Positions 25,060 to 39,314 of a stretch of 64,000 nucleotides of DNA are shown piece by piece. The DNA comes from the human T2T-CHM13v2.0 reference genome, Homo sapiens. The DNA lies in NCBI RefSeq assembly GCF_009914755.1, contig NC_060925.1, one strand, 5' to 3'. The notes beneath the pieces were generated by a model that did not search any database, was not told where the DNA came from, and saw only the letters and a list, made by a program, of their open reading frames with translations. Every line of letters begins with the position of its first letter. The first letter of the stretch is position 1. Position numbers and translations under genes: made by a program.

Positions 25060-26276
25060 TTCATTGTCTGATGTACTGCAGTTTATTTATTCATTCACCT
25101 CCTGAAGGACATCGTGGTTGCTTCCAAGTTTGGGAAATTTTGAATAATTACTACCAACATTCATGTGCAGGTTTTGGTGTAGACATGTTTTCAATGTATT
25201 TGGTTACTAAAGAGCATGATTGCTGGATCATATCATCAGAGTATCTTTAGTTTGGTAAGGAACTGCCAAAGTGGCTATACTATTTTTCATTTCCACCAGC
25301 AGTGGGTGAGAGACATTTAGGTCTGTGATCTATTTTGAGTTAGTTTTCATGAAGGCTGTAAGTTCTTTATCTGGATTCATTTTTTTTTAAATGTGTTGTT
25401 CTAACACCGTTTGTTGAAAATATTATCTTTGAAACATATATATTATTGTCTTTACTCCTGGAGCTTATAGTAAGTCTTGAATTTGAATAATGTCAGTCCT
25501 CTGCCTTTTCCTTCAATATTAAGTTGGTTATTCTTGATTTTTTGCTTTCCATATACATTTTAAAATTAGTTTGTTGATGTCCACAAAATAACACTGGGAT
25601 TTTGATTGGGATTGCATTGAATCTATATGCCAAGTTTGTAAGAACTGACATCTTGGCAACATTAAGTCTTTATATCCAAGAACATAAAATATCCGTGCCT
25701 TTATTTACTTATTTGATATATTTATTATAGTTTTGTAGTTTTCCTTATATAGATTTTTTCTGTGTGATTTAATGTTTTAATCATAGTAAACGTTGGTTAT
25801 GCATTTAATGAAACTAAACATTCTTTTTCCCAGCTGAGCAAAAGACCCGTGAGCACAAGGCTTATTAACATATTTTACACATTCACTTTTTAGCATACGT
25901 GTAATGTATAAAATTCATATTTTTCTTTTTAAAATTTCATTTTATTCTAAATTAACAAGTAATAATTCTATATAAATTTTATGTGGTACAATGTGTTGTT
26001 ACAATTCATATAGATCTTGCACATATTTTGTTATGTTAATACATTAGTACCTGATTTTTGGTACTGCTAATATAGATGGCAAATTATTTTTAAATTCAAA
26101 TGCTCGTTGTTCATTGCTAGTATGTAAGAAAGTGATTGACTTTTTATGTTAAACTTATATCTTGCAATCTTGCCATAATCACATTAATTTCAAGAATTTC
26201 TAATACTAGGTGACTTAGTTGAGGGTGAGATGAGATAAAGTCAGAGGTAACAGAGGCCAGAGTGTGGTGCCTTATA

Positions 26277-26600
26277 CAGTCATGCATTGCTTAATAACTG
26301 AAATGTATTCTTAGAAATTAATCATTAGGCAATTTCATCATTGTATGGATATCATACACTACCTACACAGACTTAGACAGTATAGCCTACTATACACCTA
26401 GCTGTATGGGCTATTGCTCCCAGGCTGCAAACCTGTACATCATGTTACTGTACTGAATATTGTAGGCAATTGTAATACAATGTTAAGTATTTGTGTATCT
26501 AAACATAGAAAAGATACAAAAATTTGATATAATCTTATGGAATCATCATTGTATATGTGGTTCATCTTTGACCAAAACATTGTTATGTGATACATGACTG
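26277..26600 (+). mobile_element. Tigger3a (MER7A) TcMar DNA transposon MITE
   Basis: TIRs CAGTCATG...CATGACTG, TA on the left, internal TATAGCCTACTATACACCTAG...TATTGCTCCCAGGCTGCAAACCTGTAC. Confidence 0.9.
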
Positions 26601-28041
26601 CAATTTACACCTTTTTTCTTCTTTTCTTAGCGTGGCTTGAGGCTTATCCATTTTATTGTTCTTTTCAAAGAAATAGATTTGGTTTTGTTGATTTTTCTCT
26701 ATTGATTTCCTGTTTCAATTTTATTAATTTCTGCTCTAATTTTTATTATTTATTTTCATCAGTTTATTTTGGAGATAATTTGATCTTCTTTTTCTATTTA
26801 CCTAAGGTAGAAATTCAGATGACTGGATTTAGAGTTTTTCTTTTTTAATATACACATTCAATGATATACACTTTCTTCTAAGCACTGCTTTTACTGCATA
26901 CTACACTTTAATATTTTGATACATTGTATTTTCATTTATATTTAGTTCAACATAATTTTTAAAAATTCATCTTGATATTTCTTCTTTGACTATATATTAT
27001 TTAAAAGTGCTTTGTTTAATCTCCAAGTATTTTGGGAGTTTCTAGCTATCATTTTGTTGTTGATTTCCAGTTACATTTTATTCTGGTCTGAGAGCAGTCA
27101 TTGTGTGATTTCTATTCTTTTCAATTTATCACCATGTGCTTTATGGCCCAGAATGTGGGCTTTCTTGGTGAATATTCCTTGTGAGTTTGAGACAACTGTC
27201 CAATCTTCTGTTTTATTTTACCCTCACTTACTTATTTTCTGTTGGCCTTGCTCCCTTTATGTTGATATGGTTTCTCACTCATATCATTTTCCTTCTCCCT
27301 GAAGAACTCCTTTTAACATTTCTTCAAGGCAGTTATACTGGCAATAAATTCCCTCAATTTTTGTTTAAAGAAATTCTGAATTTTTCCTTCATTTTACAGG
27401 GTACAATATTCTAGGATGGTGTTTTTGTTATTCTTTTAATATTTTAAATATTCCACTCATTCTCTTCTTGCTTGCATGATATGTGGGGAGAAGTGAATAT
27501 AATTCTTATCTTTACTCCTCCATTGGTAAGATGTTTTTTTCCTCAGGCTACTTTCAAGATTTTTTTCTATGTTTTTGATTTTCTGCAGTTTGAATACTGT
27601 ATACCTATGTGGTTTTGTTTGTTTGTTGTTTGGTCATCTATACTATTTGGTGTTCTCTAAACTTTCTGGGTCTGTGGTTTTGTCTGACATTAAGCAGAAC
27701 ATTTTTCAGATATTATTACTTGAAATAATGTTCATTTATTTCTTCTTCTCTGGTATTCTATTACATGTATGTTATACCATCTCCAGTTGTCCAGTGATAC
27801 TTGGATATTTTTAGGTGCTTTATTTTCAGTCTTATTTCACTTTGGTTTTTAGTTTTGGATATTTTCACTGGCATAACTTCAAGCTCAGAGATTCTTTTCT
27901 TAGTGGTGTACAGTCTCCTGATAGGCCTATCAGAGGCACTCGTCATTTGTGTTACTATATTTTTTATCTCTAGCATTTCCTTTTTATTCTTTATCAGAAT
28001 TTTCATCTCTCTGGTTGCATTATTCATCTGCTACTTTATGA

Positions 28042-28560
28042 AACTCCCATCCATTGAGTGTGGACAGGACCAGTGACTTGCTTCTAACAATAGAATATGG
28101 TAAAGGTAAAACTGGTGTATGTAATTACATATACATAATATGTATTTGTATTTGTAAGGTAATTATGTTACCTTACATTGTAACACCAGCATTGCAAGGA
28201 GACACATTCCTTTCCTGGCTTTAGGAAGCAAGCAGCCATGTTGGGAAGGTCCATGTAGCAAGAACTGAGGGCAGCCTTCGTCTCTCGCTGACAGACAGCA
28301 AGAAACTGAGCCCCTCAGTCCAAGTCCACAAAGAATTGAATGCCGCCAACAACTATGCAAGGATGTAAATGAACTATTCTTCACTTGAGCCTCGGAAGGG
28401 ACCATAACCCTGACTGATAACTGATAATAGTTTTGTGAGATCCTGAAAGCAGAGGATACTCAGACTCCTCATTCACAGAAGCTGTGAGAGAATTCATGTA
28501 TATTGTTTTATGTCTCTAATTTTGTGGTAATATTGTTATACTTTAATGGCTAATAAAGCT
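28042..28560 (+). mobile_element. MaLR LTR, MLT1E/F-group
   Basis: GAGTGTGGACAGGACCAGTGACTTGCTTCTAACAATAGAATATGG...AAGCAAGCAGCCATGTTGG...CAAGAAACTGAGCCCCTCAGTCC. Confidence 0.8.
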
Positions 28561-31252
28561 ACCAACTCAACAGAAATTTAGATTAAGTTGTTTACTTTGG
28601 CTTTATGTTCTTAAGGTGTCAACCTACATTTGTTTTCAAACAGGACCCAGTGTTTTTGGCTGGAAGGAATAATATGGCTATAATAATTTGCCAAGGATTA
28701 ATAGTCCTTGGCAAACTACATAGAGCAAACTCTTCTATGATCAAATTATATCTTGATTTACCACAGCTTATAATGATAAGACACAAAAATCAACAATTCA
28801 GTAACTAAGAACTATAGTGTAGTTTGCAAATAAACAGCACTTTTTTTTTTTTTTACTGTATAAGAGAAAGAAAACCTATTCAAGAAAAATTATGAGTAAA
28901 TTTTTTTTTTCCTGGACAATATAGCAATTTGAGTAGTTTCACCCTGGGAGCCAAAATTACACCATAAAAAATGTCTTGAATGGCTTTGAGATTTTGCTCC
29001 TATTTAGTTTACAACTTCTAGTTGTAGTGTTGAATAAGTCCCTTAAATTATCAATTTTGTAACCTCTGAAATATGGCTATCTAAATGCTAAGACTTATTC
29101 TAGATCCAAGTTCTTGCAATTCTCTAAAATGGACAGAGAAAGCTTGGGGAAAGAGAAATCATTGGAGTAATATAAAATTCACTCCCCTACACTCAGTGTT
29201 GCATCAACCATTTGTAAACATTTTGATTTGTGTTTAAATTTTATATTTTTCCAGGTGGATATACCACTTGTATAATGTGTGGAAATATGAGAATTTATAG
29301 TTGCTTTGGCAAAAGTATAGGCCAAATAAGATTATCATTATATTTATTGATTTTTACTAATTTACTAATTCTCAAGAGATTTTTTTCTCCTCTCTTAATT
29401 TGGTCTATAATTTGTTAATGGCTTTTTAGGACTGTTTATTTCCATTAGTTAAAAAAACTTGCAAATTATGTTACTTGAATAAATTTGTGATGATACATCT
29501 GAAGAGACGGGAAAATATGCTTTTATTTGTATTAGTCTGCTTAACTGAACTCTCTTAAAGCAAATATCCTGCCTTTTTATCTCTTTTTCAGTGAAGTACC
29601 ATTGCCATTTACAGGTAAGTTATTTAAACATTTATAGCAAGTACTATAAACAAATGCTGCACAATTAAGAAGTCACATATATTAAGCACATCTATGAAAG
29701 GCTCTTGAAAGGGTCTGATTCAACTTTCCTTATCATAAGAAAACTTTCCTGTCTATACAGGCTAGCTTAATAGTCTGAAATAGAATTCTGGAACAACAAT
29801 TAAAAAAAGTATACACCACGGCTGATACTTCACATGCTTATTAGCGTAGCATGAATGAAAATGATAATACAATAGCATTTCCCAGTGTGAAATATACAAA
29901 GTTGGAGAGGAACAGCATGCGTTGTCATCGGTTAATGTGCAAATGTTCACTGCCAGGGTGAAGCAACCAGGAGTGAACCATGAAATGATTGCATTCACCC
30001 TGAAATGTCAGCAAAGCAAGGGAGTGATGAGTAGTAAGCAACTTTTCCTGAGCATGATAAAAGTACTTACTAGAGCAGCAAAAATAACTTACTTAATATT
30101 TATATTTTATTAGGAGAGGAACAACTCTGCCTTTGCATACTACGACTTCAAGAAGCACAGGCTGGGCTTAATATGTAAATGCTTATTTTGATGTGCCACC
30201 ATATGTAGCCCCTTTCCTTTCCAGCTGGCTGGCCTTACTGCCTCTCTTCTTTGCTTTATATCCAACCCAAAGCTCACCAGGAAACTGTTCCTAATTAACT
30301 TTATCCATTTTCCTGTTCCACAGATTCATGGACTTTTAGACTAGCAGCATTGGAACAGACTTTAGAAATAATTTAGTTCAGTACCATTTGCCCCCTCATC
30401 TCACTTAAATAACTGTGGTTTTGTGTACTGTACACATACACTGGTATGCATACAAACATATGTGTTTCTGATTCTTACCTGTTAGTATACTCTTCATCAA
30501 CAATGTATATTTTAAGTCAGCTGGGAAAAAGATTATTTAGTAAATTTTCTTTACATCCTTAGATATTTGAGAAAATCTTACTGACAAACAAATTCAAAGA
30601 GTTGATGATCAATTTTGCAATTTGAGGGGAGGAGAATATGTAAGTGATATTGAATGCACCCCAGACTGGATTTACTGAGGTGAGTGCTGCAAAATGCCAG
30701 TAACGTAATCAAGAACAATCATTTGTTAAAAAATGGTAAGTAGCATGATTGCCTCAAAATAATGAGACACACAGGATAGAGCCTGAAGAAGAAAAATAAA
30801 TCTGTTTATATTGCCTACAAAATTCAAACAACTTCAAGTATATTTTCTAATTAGACGTTGGGTAATTTATAACTAATGCTTGAAGAACAACTTTTACCTT
30901 TCCAAGCCTAAATGCTTACCTCATGTTTATGGCACATAATGAAGAAATTGGATGATTGGGTGATGTGGCATTAGTAGCAGCAACAGTAGCCATGGTTCTT
31001 GTCATTCTATGTAGTAAAGGCTTAACATGCATTATCTCAGGAAAAATGCTTTATGAAAGTTAATATTTATTAGAGATGAGAAAGGTGAGTCACACGGGTC
31101 AAAGCTTGCCCAAAAAATAAGAGTTCGTGGCGGAATTGGAACTTGTTATAGTATCCCAATGATGCCACTACCGGAGAGTTCTTAGCTATACTACTCTTCT
31201 CTTCTGTCATTTTATTTTTGAAACAGAATGTTCAATTTAATTAGTTTATTTA

Positions 31253-31575
<323 letters not shown>

Positions 31576-31609
31576 AAAAGATTGTCAAACTATCTTGTTC
31601 ATCACATTT

Positions 31610-32080
31610 TCAGAAGGACTAAAGAAAAAGACTCCAGGAGCATTTCCAGGAATGACTACCATAACTCCAAACTAGCCTGACAAAGTTGCTTCTACCATTA
31701 GGCAGCACCAATATCAGGAAAGCCTCTTGAGAGCTGCTAGCCTCACAACTGTTCCACCTTTGCCACAATCAGCAAGCTGCTGAATATGGAAGCTGTTGAT
31801 GTGGCTGATAATTCTTGAATCCCACTCCCTCTACCATATTTCACACTATCAAAATAAATGTCTCACAGTGTAGCCTCTTTCTCCATGTAACTTAATTCCA
31901 AATTTAAGCTTCATGTAGGTATGTCTGATTAGCAAAAACTATATAATGAGTGTTCCCCTTTGGTGCAATGGCAGCTGGGCAATGCAATAGTGGGATTGTG
32001 TACCGTTAATTTCACCATAAGTGAACCAGCAAAATGTAGGGAAAGCTTCCTAATAATGCAGACAGCCTCTATTGAGAGCC
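31610..32080 (-). mobile_element. Ancient MaLR LTR (MLT1L/M/N-group), tentative
   Basis: GTATGTCTGATTAGCAAAAACTA...TGCAATGGCAGCTGGG resembles the conserved antisense core of old MLT1. Confidence 0.4.
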
Positions 32081-32784
32081 GTCCACTACAATTTCCAAGA
32101 ATTTATTCAATACCTAATATATACAAAACACCCAATGTAAAGATTCACACCTACAAATTGAATAAAATACATTATCGGTATTTGCCATTTTTGGCAAGGG
32201 CTGTACTGGAGACTGAGACTAGAAAAACAAAATGAGATGTGTCTCTAATACCACAGTATTTCACTGAGGTAAATGAAGCTTACATACTAGTTATAATCAT
32301 TATCTCTTTTGAGAAAGAGATTACTTAAAATATGGTGAGTATCATTTTTTGCATATAATTTTCATATGCAGTGTGCCTCTCACCATATATGCACATAAAA
32401 TATACCCTATTGTAAAATATGGTCAATGTCAATAGGGTTTATTGGGAATATTAGAAAACATAATACCAGGTTGATACTTCTATAATTGGACAATATATAG
32501 TACAAATAATGCTCATTCTCAAGCAGAATTTTCTCCATTTATTTTCATGTATGATTGTTTAATATCAGTAAAGTATTTTCTATATGCTGTAAGGAAGTCA
32601 TACTCATTTGGCTTTTATTGACTAATCAATAATAATGAGCCTGGTAACAATAATAGCTGGACATGTGTTTGGAATTTTTACGTGTCATCAGAACATTAAA
32701 TTTCAATATAAGTTGAGGAATAAATAAATTTTATTATTATTATATTTATATACTGCAAAGAAATCAATGGTAATAGAGTATAAG

Positions 32785-33399
32785 TGAACAGGAAAATCTA
32801 CTCAGCAGACCTGGGTTGCTTAAATCCTACACATTCTGAAGAAAGACCTATCTTCAGGATTGGCCTCTGGCATGCTTCTGAGATATAACCTCTGAGCCTT
32901 TGGAATATTCTGCCATTACAGGAACTTTTTTTTTTTAATGTTTGATCCCTTGGGTCACTCTGCTGTAGCAGTTATCCTAATAATGTGATTTACGGTGAAG
33001 GCTTATTTTTGCTTGTATAAGGGGTGAGTTTTGGGGCTGGAGGGCTAGCATCTGAATAATTAAGTGATTTGGGTGCTGCATGTCTATGTGACTAATCTTC
33101 AATAAAAATATCTGAACAACAAGGCTTGAGTGAGCTTTCCCTATTGGCATTACTTCACATGTGTTGTCCCACATCACTGCTGGGACAATTAAGCACATCC
33201 TATGCAACTCCACTGCGAGAGAACACCTGGACACTTGCACCTGATTCCCCCTGGACCTTGAGCCTATCTCCTTTGCTGATTTTGATCTGTATCCTTTTAC
33301 TGCAATAAACCATATCTGTGAGTATAAGAGCTTCTAAGTCCTGTGAGATCTACCAGTGAATCATTAAGCTTAACCATCATTATAGGGACCCTTGAGACA
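32785..33399 (+). mobile_element. ERVL solo LTR, MER77 (MER21/MER68 group)
   Basis: TGAACAGGAAAATCTACTCAGCAGACCTGGGTTG...CAATAAACCATATCTGTGAGTATAA...GGGACCCTTGAGACA. TSD ATAAG/GTAAG. Confidence 0.8.
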
Positions 33400-35759
33400 G
33401 TAAGATGTGCTAAGTACCACACAATTTTACAGGATAAGCCCCAGTGTTTTAAGTGTAAATCATCACGTTTTCTTTAAGAGCAGGCGACTTCTACATATAT
33501 GACAATAGCACAATTCTGCAGAGCTGCAGGCATGTTATCTTTCCTTTGGTAAAGCACATGTTATAAGCAGAGGTGGTTTGCCTTCCAGCACTCATCAATA
33601 CTGTCTTAAAGAGTTGGACCATTCATTGCTCATGAAAAGTAAAGCACAGCTATGTTGTATAAATGAGATATTATGGACAAATTGGGTTTTGTAATGGGTT
33701 TCTAATTTCATTTTTAGAGGTGAGGATGAACTGTGTTCTGGGAATCTTTCTGTTATTTGAAACTATTCAATAGAGAAAATATTGATCCTGCTTTTCTGTA
33801 GTCTCAGTGGGGTGGCTCTTCCTCTGGCTTAGTTTGCAATAATACTCAAGCTGCCTCTGGATAGAAAATGTCACTGGCTTAGCATCCTACAGGTACAAGA
33901 ATTCCATTGGGATCATTGCTTTGCTCTTCTATTTTCTTAGCTGAATTATTTTCTTTTATGTTGATTTAAGACATTAATTGTAATGCTATTTCTTGATTTT
34001 ATTTTATTTGTTCTGATATCAAGAAGCCCCTATATTGATCTCATATCTTCATGAGATCTAGTTGTATTTGTTAGCTCTGAAGTCATGTTCAATCTAGATA
34101 CTTTTTTGTTTTGTTCATTTGTTTACCCTAAGTGCAATATTGACTACATGCTTATAAACTAACTTATTCTATTTCTGTTAGTAAATACATAATAGTTTCA
34201 TATAATAAAACTGAAAAATCATTGACATGGTTGAGATTTTTTAGAGTCTTACTTTAGTTTTGACTTTAAAATACTAGGGCTATTTTAAGAAATTGGAATA
34301 CTTGAAATTTCAAATATTGGATATCCACTAAGGGGAAGGAGAAAAAAAATGCAGTAGTAGTTTAGCAGGATATAAACCCTGCAGGCCTAACTGATAGTTA
34401 CATTCCATCTGGTTCACGCTTTTTTCTGCGGTAGGAACACAAGCTACACACTGAAATGAACCTGATGATTTTCTATAGTTGGCCAACAAGCTGTTGCATC
34501 TAAGTCATATGTTATTCAGTTATGTTTACTTTGAAATTATTTTCCAGTTTAATAAGATTTATGGATTTCCTTTGACATGGAGATTCTCTACATGGTTTCT
34601 GTTTATTGTTATCTTCTTGTCTTTTTTAAAAGTCCTGCAAAATAAAATTAAAAAAAAAAAACTATCGCAACATGCTATTTTGTTCTGGTTTTGACTGCAG
34701 GCCATATGTATTATTCAAGAAGCATACCAACCGGAACACAAAAGTATGGCACAGAAGTATTTTTATTATGGTCATATAAGATTATCTGAATTTCATTAGC
34801 TGCTGTGTGTTTGTGTCTGAAAGAAATGCCCTTCTTTACCATTGCAAACTTGCAGAATTTCCTTCCTTGAGACCAGGCTAAACTGAGACCTCTGATTTAG
34901 TAAAATAGTTGAGAAGTGGTATATTTATATATAACCCAAAATGTTGAAGATCTACCAGTTTATTTGCTTTATAAATTTATTTGATCTTCTTCTTGGACAA
35001 TGTCATTTCATGCCAAAATGTGCCTATTCTGGAAGCAGACTAAATAGATGTGAATGCCAACTTTAGTGCTTTCTATTTAGATTACCTTGACAAATTATCT
35101 TTAACTGTGAAACAGGAATAATGGTATCTGTCTGTCTAGAACGTTTTGAGAATTAAGTTAGATAATGCTTTTGAAGTCACTAGAATGTAATAAGCATCCA
35201 TAAATGTAATTTCTGGACTTTAAAAACTAAATTTATAAAATTGGTCTTTCTAAAGCTCATCTAGTTGAATAACATTGCTGACTATGAAAAATAGACAAAA
35301 CACTCAGATACTGATAGCATTTTTAAAAAAATTTTTGAGTGTGAAAACCAGTTTAACAAGCTAGTTTAAGATTTAGAAAGAGTGCTAGGATGAATTACCA
35401 TGCCATTTTATGAGCTCATAACTATAACAACAGTAACGCTTATTAGCCATCATTTTGCCATAAAGGGTATCCTATTTGCTTTTGAGTCTTGACTTTTTTT
35501 CCCTCAAAATTGATAATAGTTTTGAAATCTTAGAATGACAGAACTAGAAACCATTCAGCCCCTAAATCTAAAAGTTATGCTAAACACTTTGTCTTAATTC
35601 CATTAGTAAACAACTGTATGTTCCTATCATATATCCTCTGGACTAGTGAAGCTGTGTTCTGCCTGCTTCTGGTCCATTCTTTCCATGGTACTGGCAGACA
35701 GAGAACATTCTATAGCAAAGTGGAAAAGTATAGATACAGCACCAAGAAACATACCTTAG

Positions 35760-35890
35760 GTACTAAATACTCACTGTGCCTTATTTAACCTCTCCCTGTC
35801 TCAATTTTCCTATATCTGCAAGTGAATACTATGGTATTTACCTCATAGAGTTAAGACTTAAATGCAATACTTACAGTAAATGTTTAAATT
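35760..35890 (+). mobile_element. MIR fragment
   Basis: TTATTTAACCTCTCCCTGTCTCAATTTTCCTATATCTGCAAGTG...ATTTACCTCATAGAG, the MIR core. Confidence 0.7.
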
Positions 35891-36289
35891 TTAATTTGGA
35901 AAGGATACTAGATTTCCACTCATGATACTTAGATCTGATCAGATAATGGTTTACCCCTCATTAAAACCTTCTAGATCCAATTCCTCATATGTTAATGCCT
36001 AAATTTATTGCATTTTATTCAAACAGTTGTATTGTTAGTCTATATCTTTAAATTAATCATATTTCTTATTTTTTAATTTTATTTTATTTCTTTGTGCTCC
36101 AGTTAGCACTGAGGTATGTACAGTTTGTTTTCTCATCAGAAATCATGGCTACTTAAGGGCAATATCTCAAAAATATGGGTGATATATAAAGGCATGCCCA
36201 AATCACAGGAGGCCATTTTTCAAAATGCATTTGCTCCCTGAAGCCTTTAGAGTATCAAGTGATCAAGCAGTTCCTAAACAGCAACAGCT

Positions 36290-36802
36290 GGGGCAGCTGC
36301 TAGACTGATTTGTTTCACTTCCATAGATTTGGCCAATAAGGAGACAATTAACATTAATGATTTTTGACAATTTATTACTCATGGCATAATAGGCAGCATG
36401 AACTTCACAGTCCCATCAGTTTGCTGTGTCCTCCAACTCCCATGGGCCTGACACATACATAGGCAGGCCCAGGTAGATGGGGCACATACAGTGGATCTGC
36501 CACTTCTAACGGACTCTGAGATTTTGATATCCCACTCTTACATAAGGGATTCTGGCAAAACCTCCTCTCCTCTTGAGTAAGAAATACTGTCCTACCCTGG
36601 AATGTCTCTGAAAGAAGACAGAGATGCCTCTAGCTTTTTTACTTTAAAAAGCCACCAGAGAAACAGCTCAAAATATCTCCAGAAGTCACTATCTTTATGT
36701 TTCCAAGGTCATTAAGGCAAACATCTTTGAACAAATTTGTCAACGCCTTCTGCTCAGAAGATGTGCATGAACATGTGACCCTCAGAGAATTAATTCCCAA
36801 AG
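36290..36802 (-). mobile_element. ERVL LTR, MER76/LTR52/LTR53-group
   Basis: Minus strand starts TTGGGAATTAATTCTCTGAGGGTCACATGTTCATGCACATCTTCTGAGCAGAAGGC...AAGATGTTTGCC...CCTTGGAAACATAAAGATAGTG, with AATAAA near the other end. Confidence 0.6.
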
Positions 36803-37192
36803 AGGGGGCTATACACACTATTCACTCTTAGAATTATATAAATATTCCAACCTGATGGCTTTGTATATGATGAAAGTAAGATTCAAGAGTCAAAATAATT
36901 TAGAGAAAAGCTAAGGTTGAAACATAGATTTCACGCTTGAATCCCAAGTAACAACTCAAAACTTGACTGCATAATATTTTCTTCTAGATCATTATTTCTG
37001 TTATCTGATTTGTATCCTTATATACATATATTGCGCATTCCAACATTGCAATACATATAAACACATGTATATACTAGCTACTGTATATGTTGTGTATATA
37101 CATTACAATATTACGAACTACTGTTTTAAAATTATTTCCTGAAAGTGGGCTTTTTTTTTTAATTCAGTGTGGCATCAAGAGACTTGATTTTT

Positions 37193-37490
<298 letters not shown>

Positions 37491-38013
37491 GACTTGATTT
37501 TTATCTTTCTCCAAAGTTTTCTGTATTAACCATTTGTCTTTTGCTGTTGCAGACTGAAGATGTTATCAATGAAGAATAGTACTTTCACATAGTCTCATTT
37601 AAGATAATAAGTTATGCATTTTAATATCAAAACTCAAAAGTGTGGAATGAAAGCCTACTTACAATTTTTCATCAATACATCTTCAGAAGAGTAGATCATT
37701 CTATAGGAATACTATCATGTTGAATTTTGAAACAATTTTTTTATTTTTAATTTATTTTTAATGTAATTTATTTTTTAAAATAAAAATCATTTAACTATAC
37801 TTATTTAAAATAGTCTTTACAAATATCTATGTATGTCATGTGTGTACAAATAGAACATGATGCTAGCAAAAAAGACACTCTTATTTGGGAGTTACACTGT
37901 ATGAGGTGCCAATAAATGGGAAAATAGAAGGACCTGGTGAAATGCATGTCCTTTTTTTTTGGCTACAACTTTGTTTTGATCTAATATGGTTACTTGTAGG
38001 CCACATGTGTTGA

Positions 38014-38320
<307 letters not shown>

Positions 38321-39314
38321 TAAAAGACTAGTTCATAACAGATAAGAGAGAAAATACAAAATGAGATACCCAAAAACAAGGTGTCAGCTCTTGACAGTAG
38401 ATGGTAGTCTTTCATGGAATTTACCATACTGCCTTAATTCATAAGAGACAGTAACACAGTAGGTAATTATCCCCCAAATTCCAGGGAAATCAGTCCTGCA
38501 TTGGAGTAAAGCTACTGATAGAGAATGGATAGTAAGTGTATGAATTATATAGCTCTACCTGCTACAGCTGTTTTTAACTCAATCGTTCACTTAATATTTA
38601 GCAATACAACAAGTAATAACTTTTGACATTATTTCAGGCACTAGGATAAGAGCTTTACATAAATTATCTCACTTAATTCTTAAAATAAGCCCATGGATAG
38701 CTACTATTTTCTTGATGATAGCATCATTAAATTCCACTAGACTATATGTAAGCACCATCAGAGTAGAAATCATGTTCATTGTGTTCAATTCATATTCAGT
38801 GTTATGGTACTCAGCACACAGCAGATGCCAATCTTTTTTAATAAATGCATAAACAAATACTTATTTTTAATGGAAAGCTTCTGAGCTGTCACTGACCAAA
38901 TTACTCATTTATAGTTTCATAAGGATAAAATGATGTAATTAGTTCTCTAGCCCCAGTCTGTTTGGCAGCTCCAAAGTTCAGCCTTATAGCTACAATTCTG
39001 AGGAATCAAACTTTGAAAATCAAAGCAAACTTTGCAATGTACTACATTCTCTTTACCTTCTACATCAGGAAGAGTAAAAATGAGAGTAACCCTTCTTTCA
39101 GTTCCTGGGACCTTGGGGATTGCATTCACCTTGCTGAGCTCAGAAGGATGAATTAAATGCAACATGTCCACTTGGTTGAAGATATTATGCTAGGGGGATA
39201 AATTTGTGCCTGTAATAAAATTTCATTGTCCTGGAGAATAAAAATCATGTTAGTTTCCAGTGATCATGTAAAAATGATCTAAATATTCTTGTCCCCAACA
39301 TACCCACTGAAAGG

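Larger units (their letters stand above)
23040..28040 (-). mobile_element. Fragmented L1MC-type LINE-1 (3'UTR, ORF2 pieces, ORF1 piece) hosting younger insertions
   Basis: L1MC1-like 3' end at 23040-23582. ORF2 antisense text at 25060-26200 and 26610-27200. ORF1 coiled-coil-like minus ORF 27761-28027 (KKEMLEIKNIVTQM...RRLYTTKKRISELE). Confidence 0.75.

Noticed and set aside
26594-28076. Hydrophobic, membrane-protein-like ORFs
   Set aside because: They arise from T-rich antisense L1 sequence.
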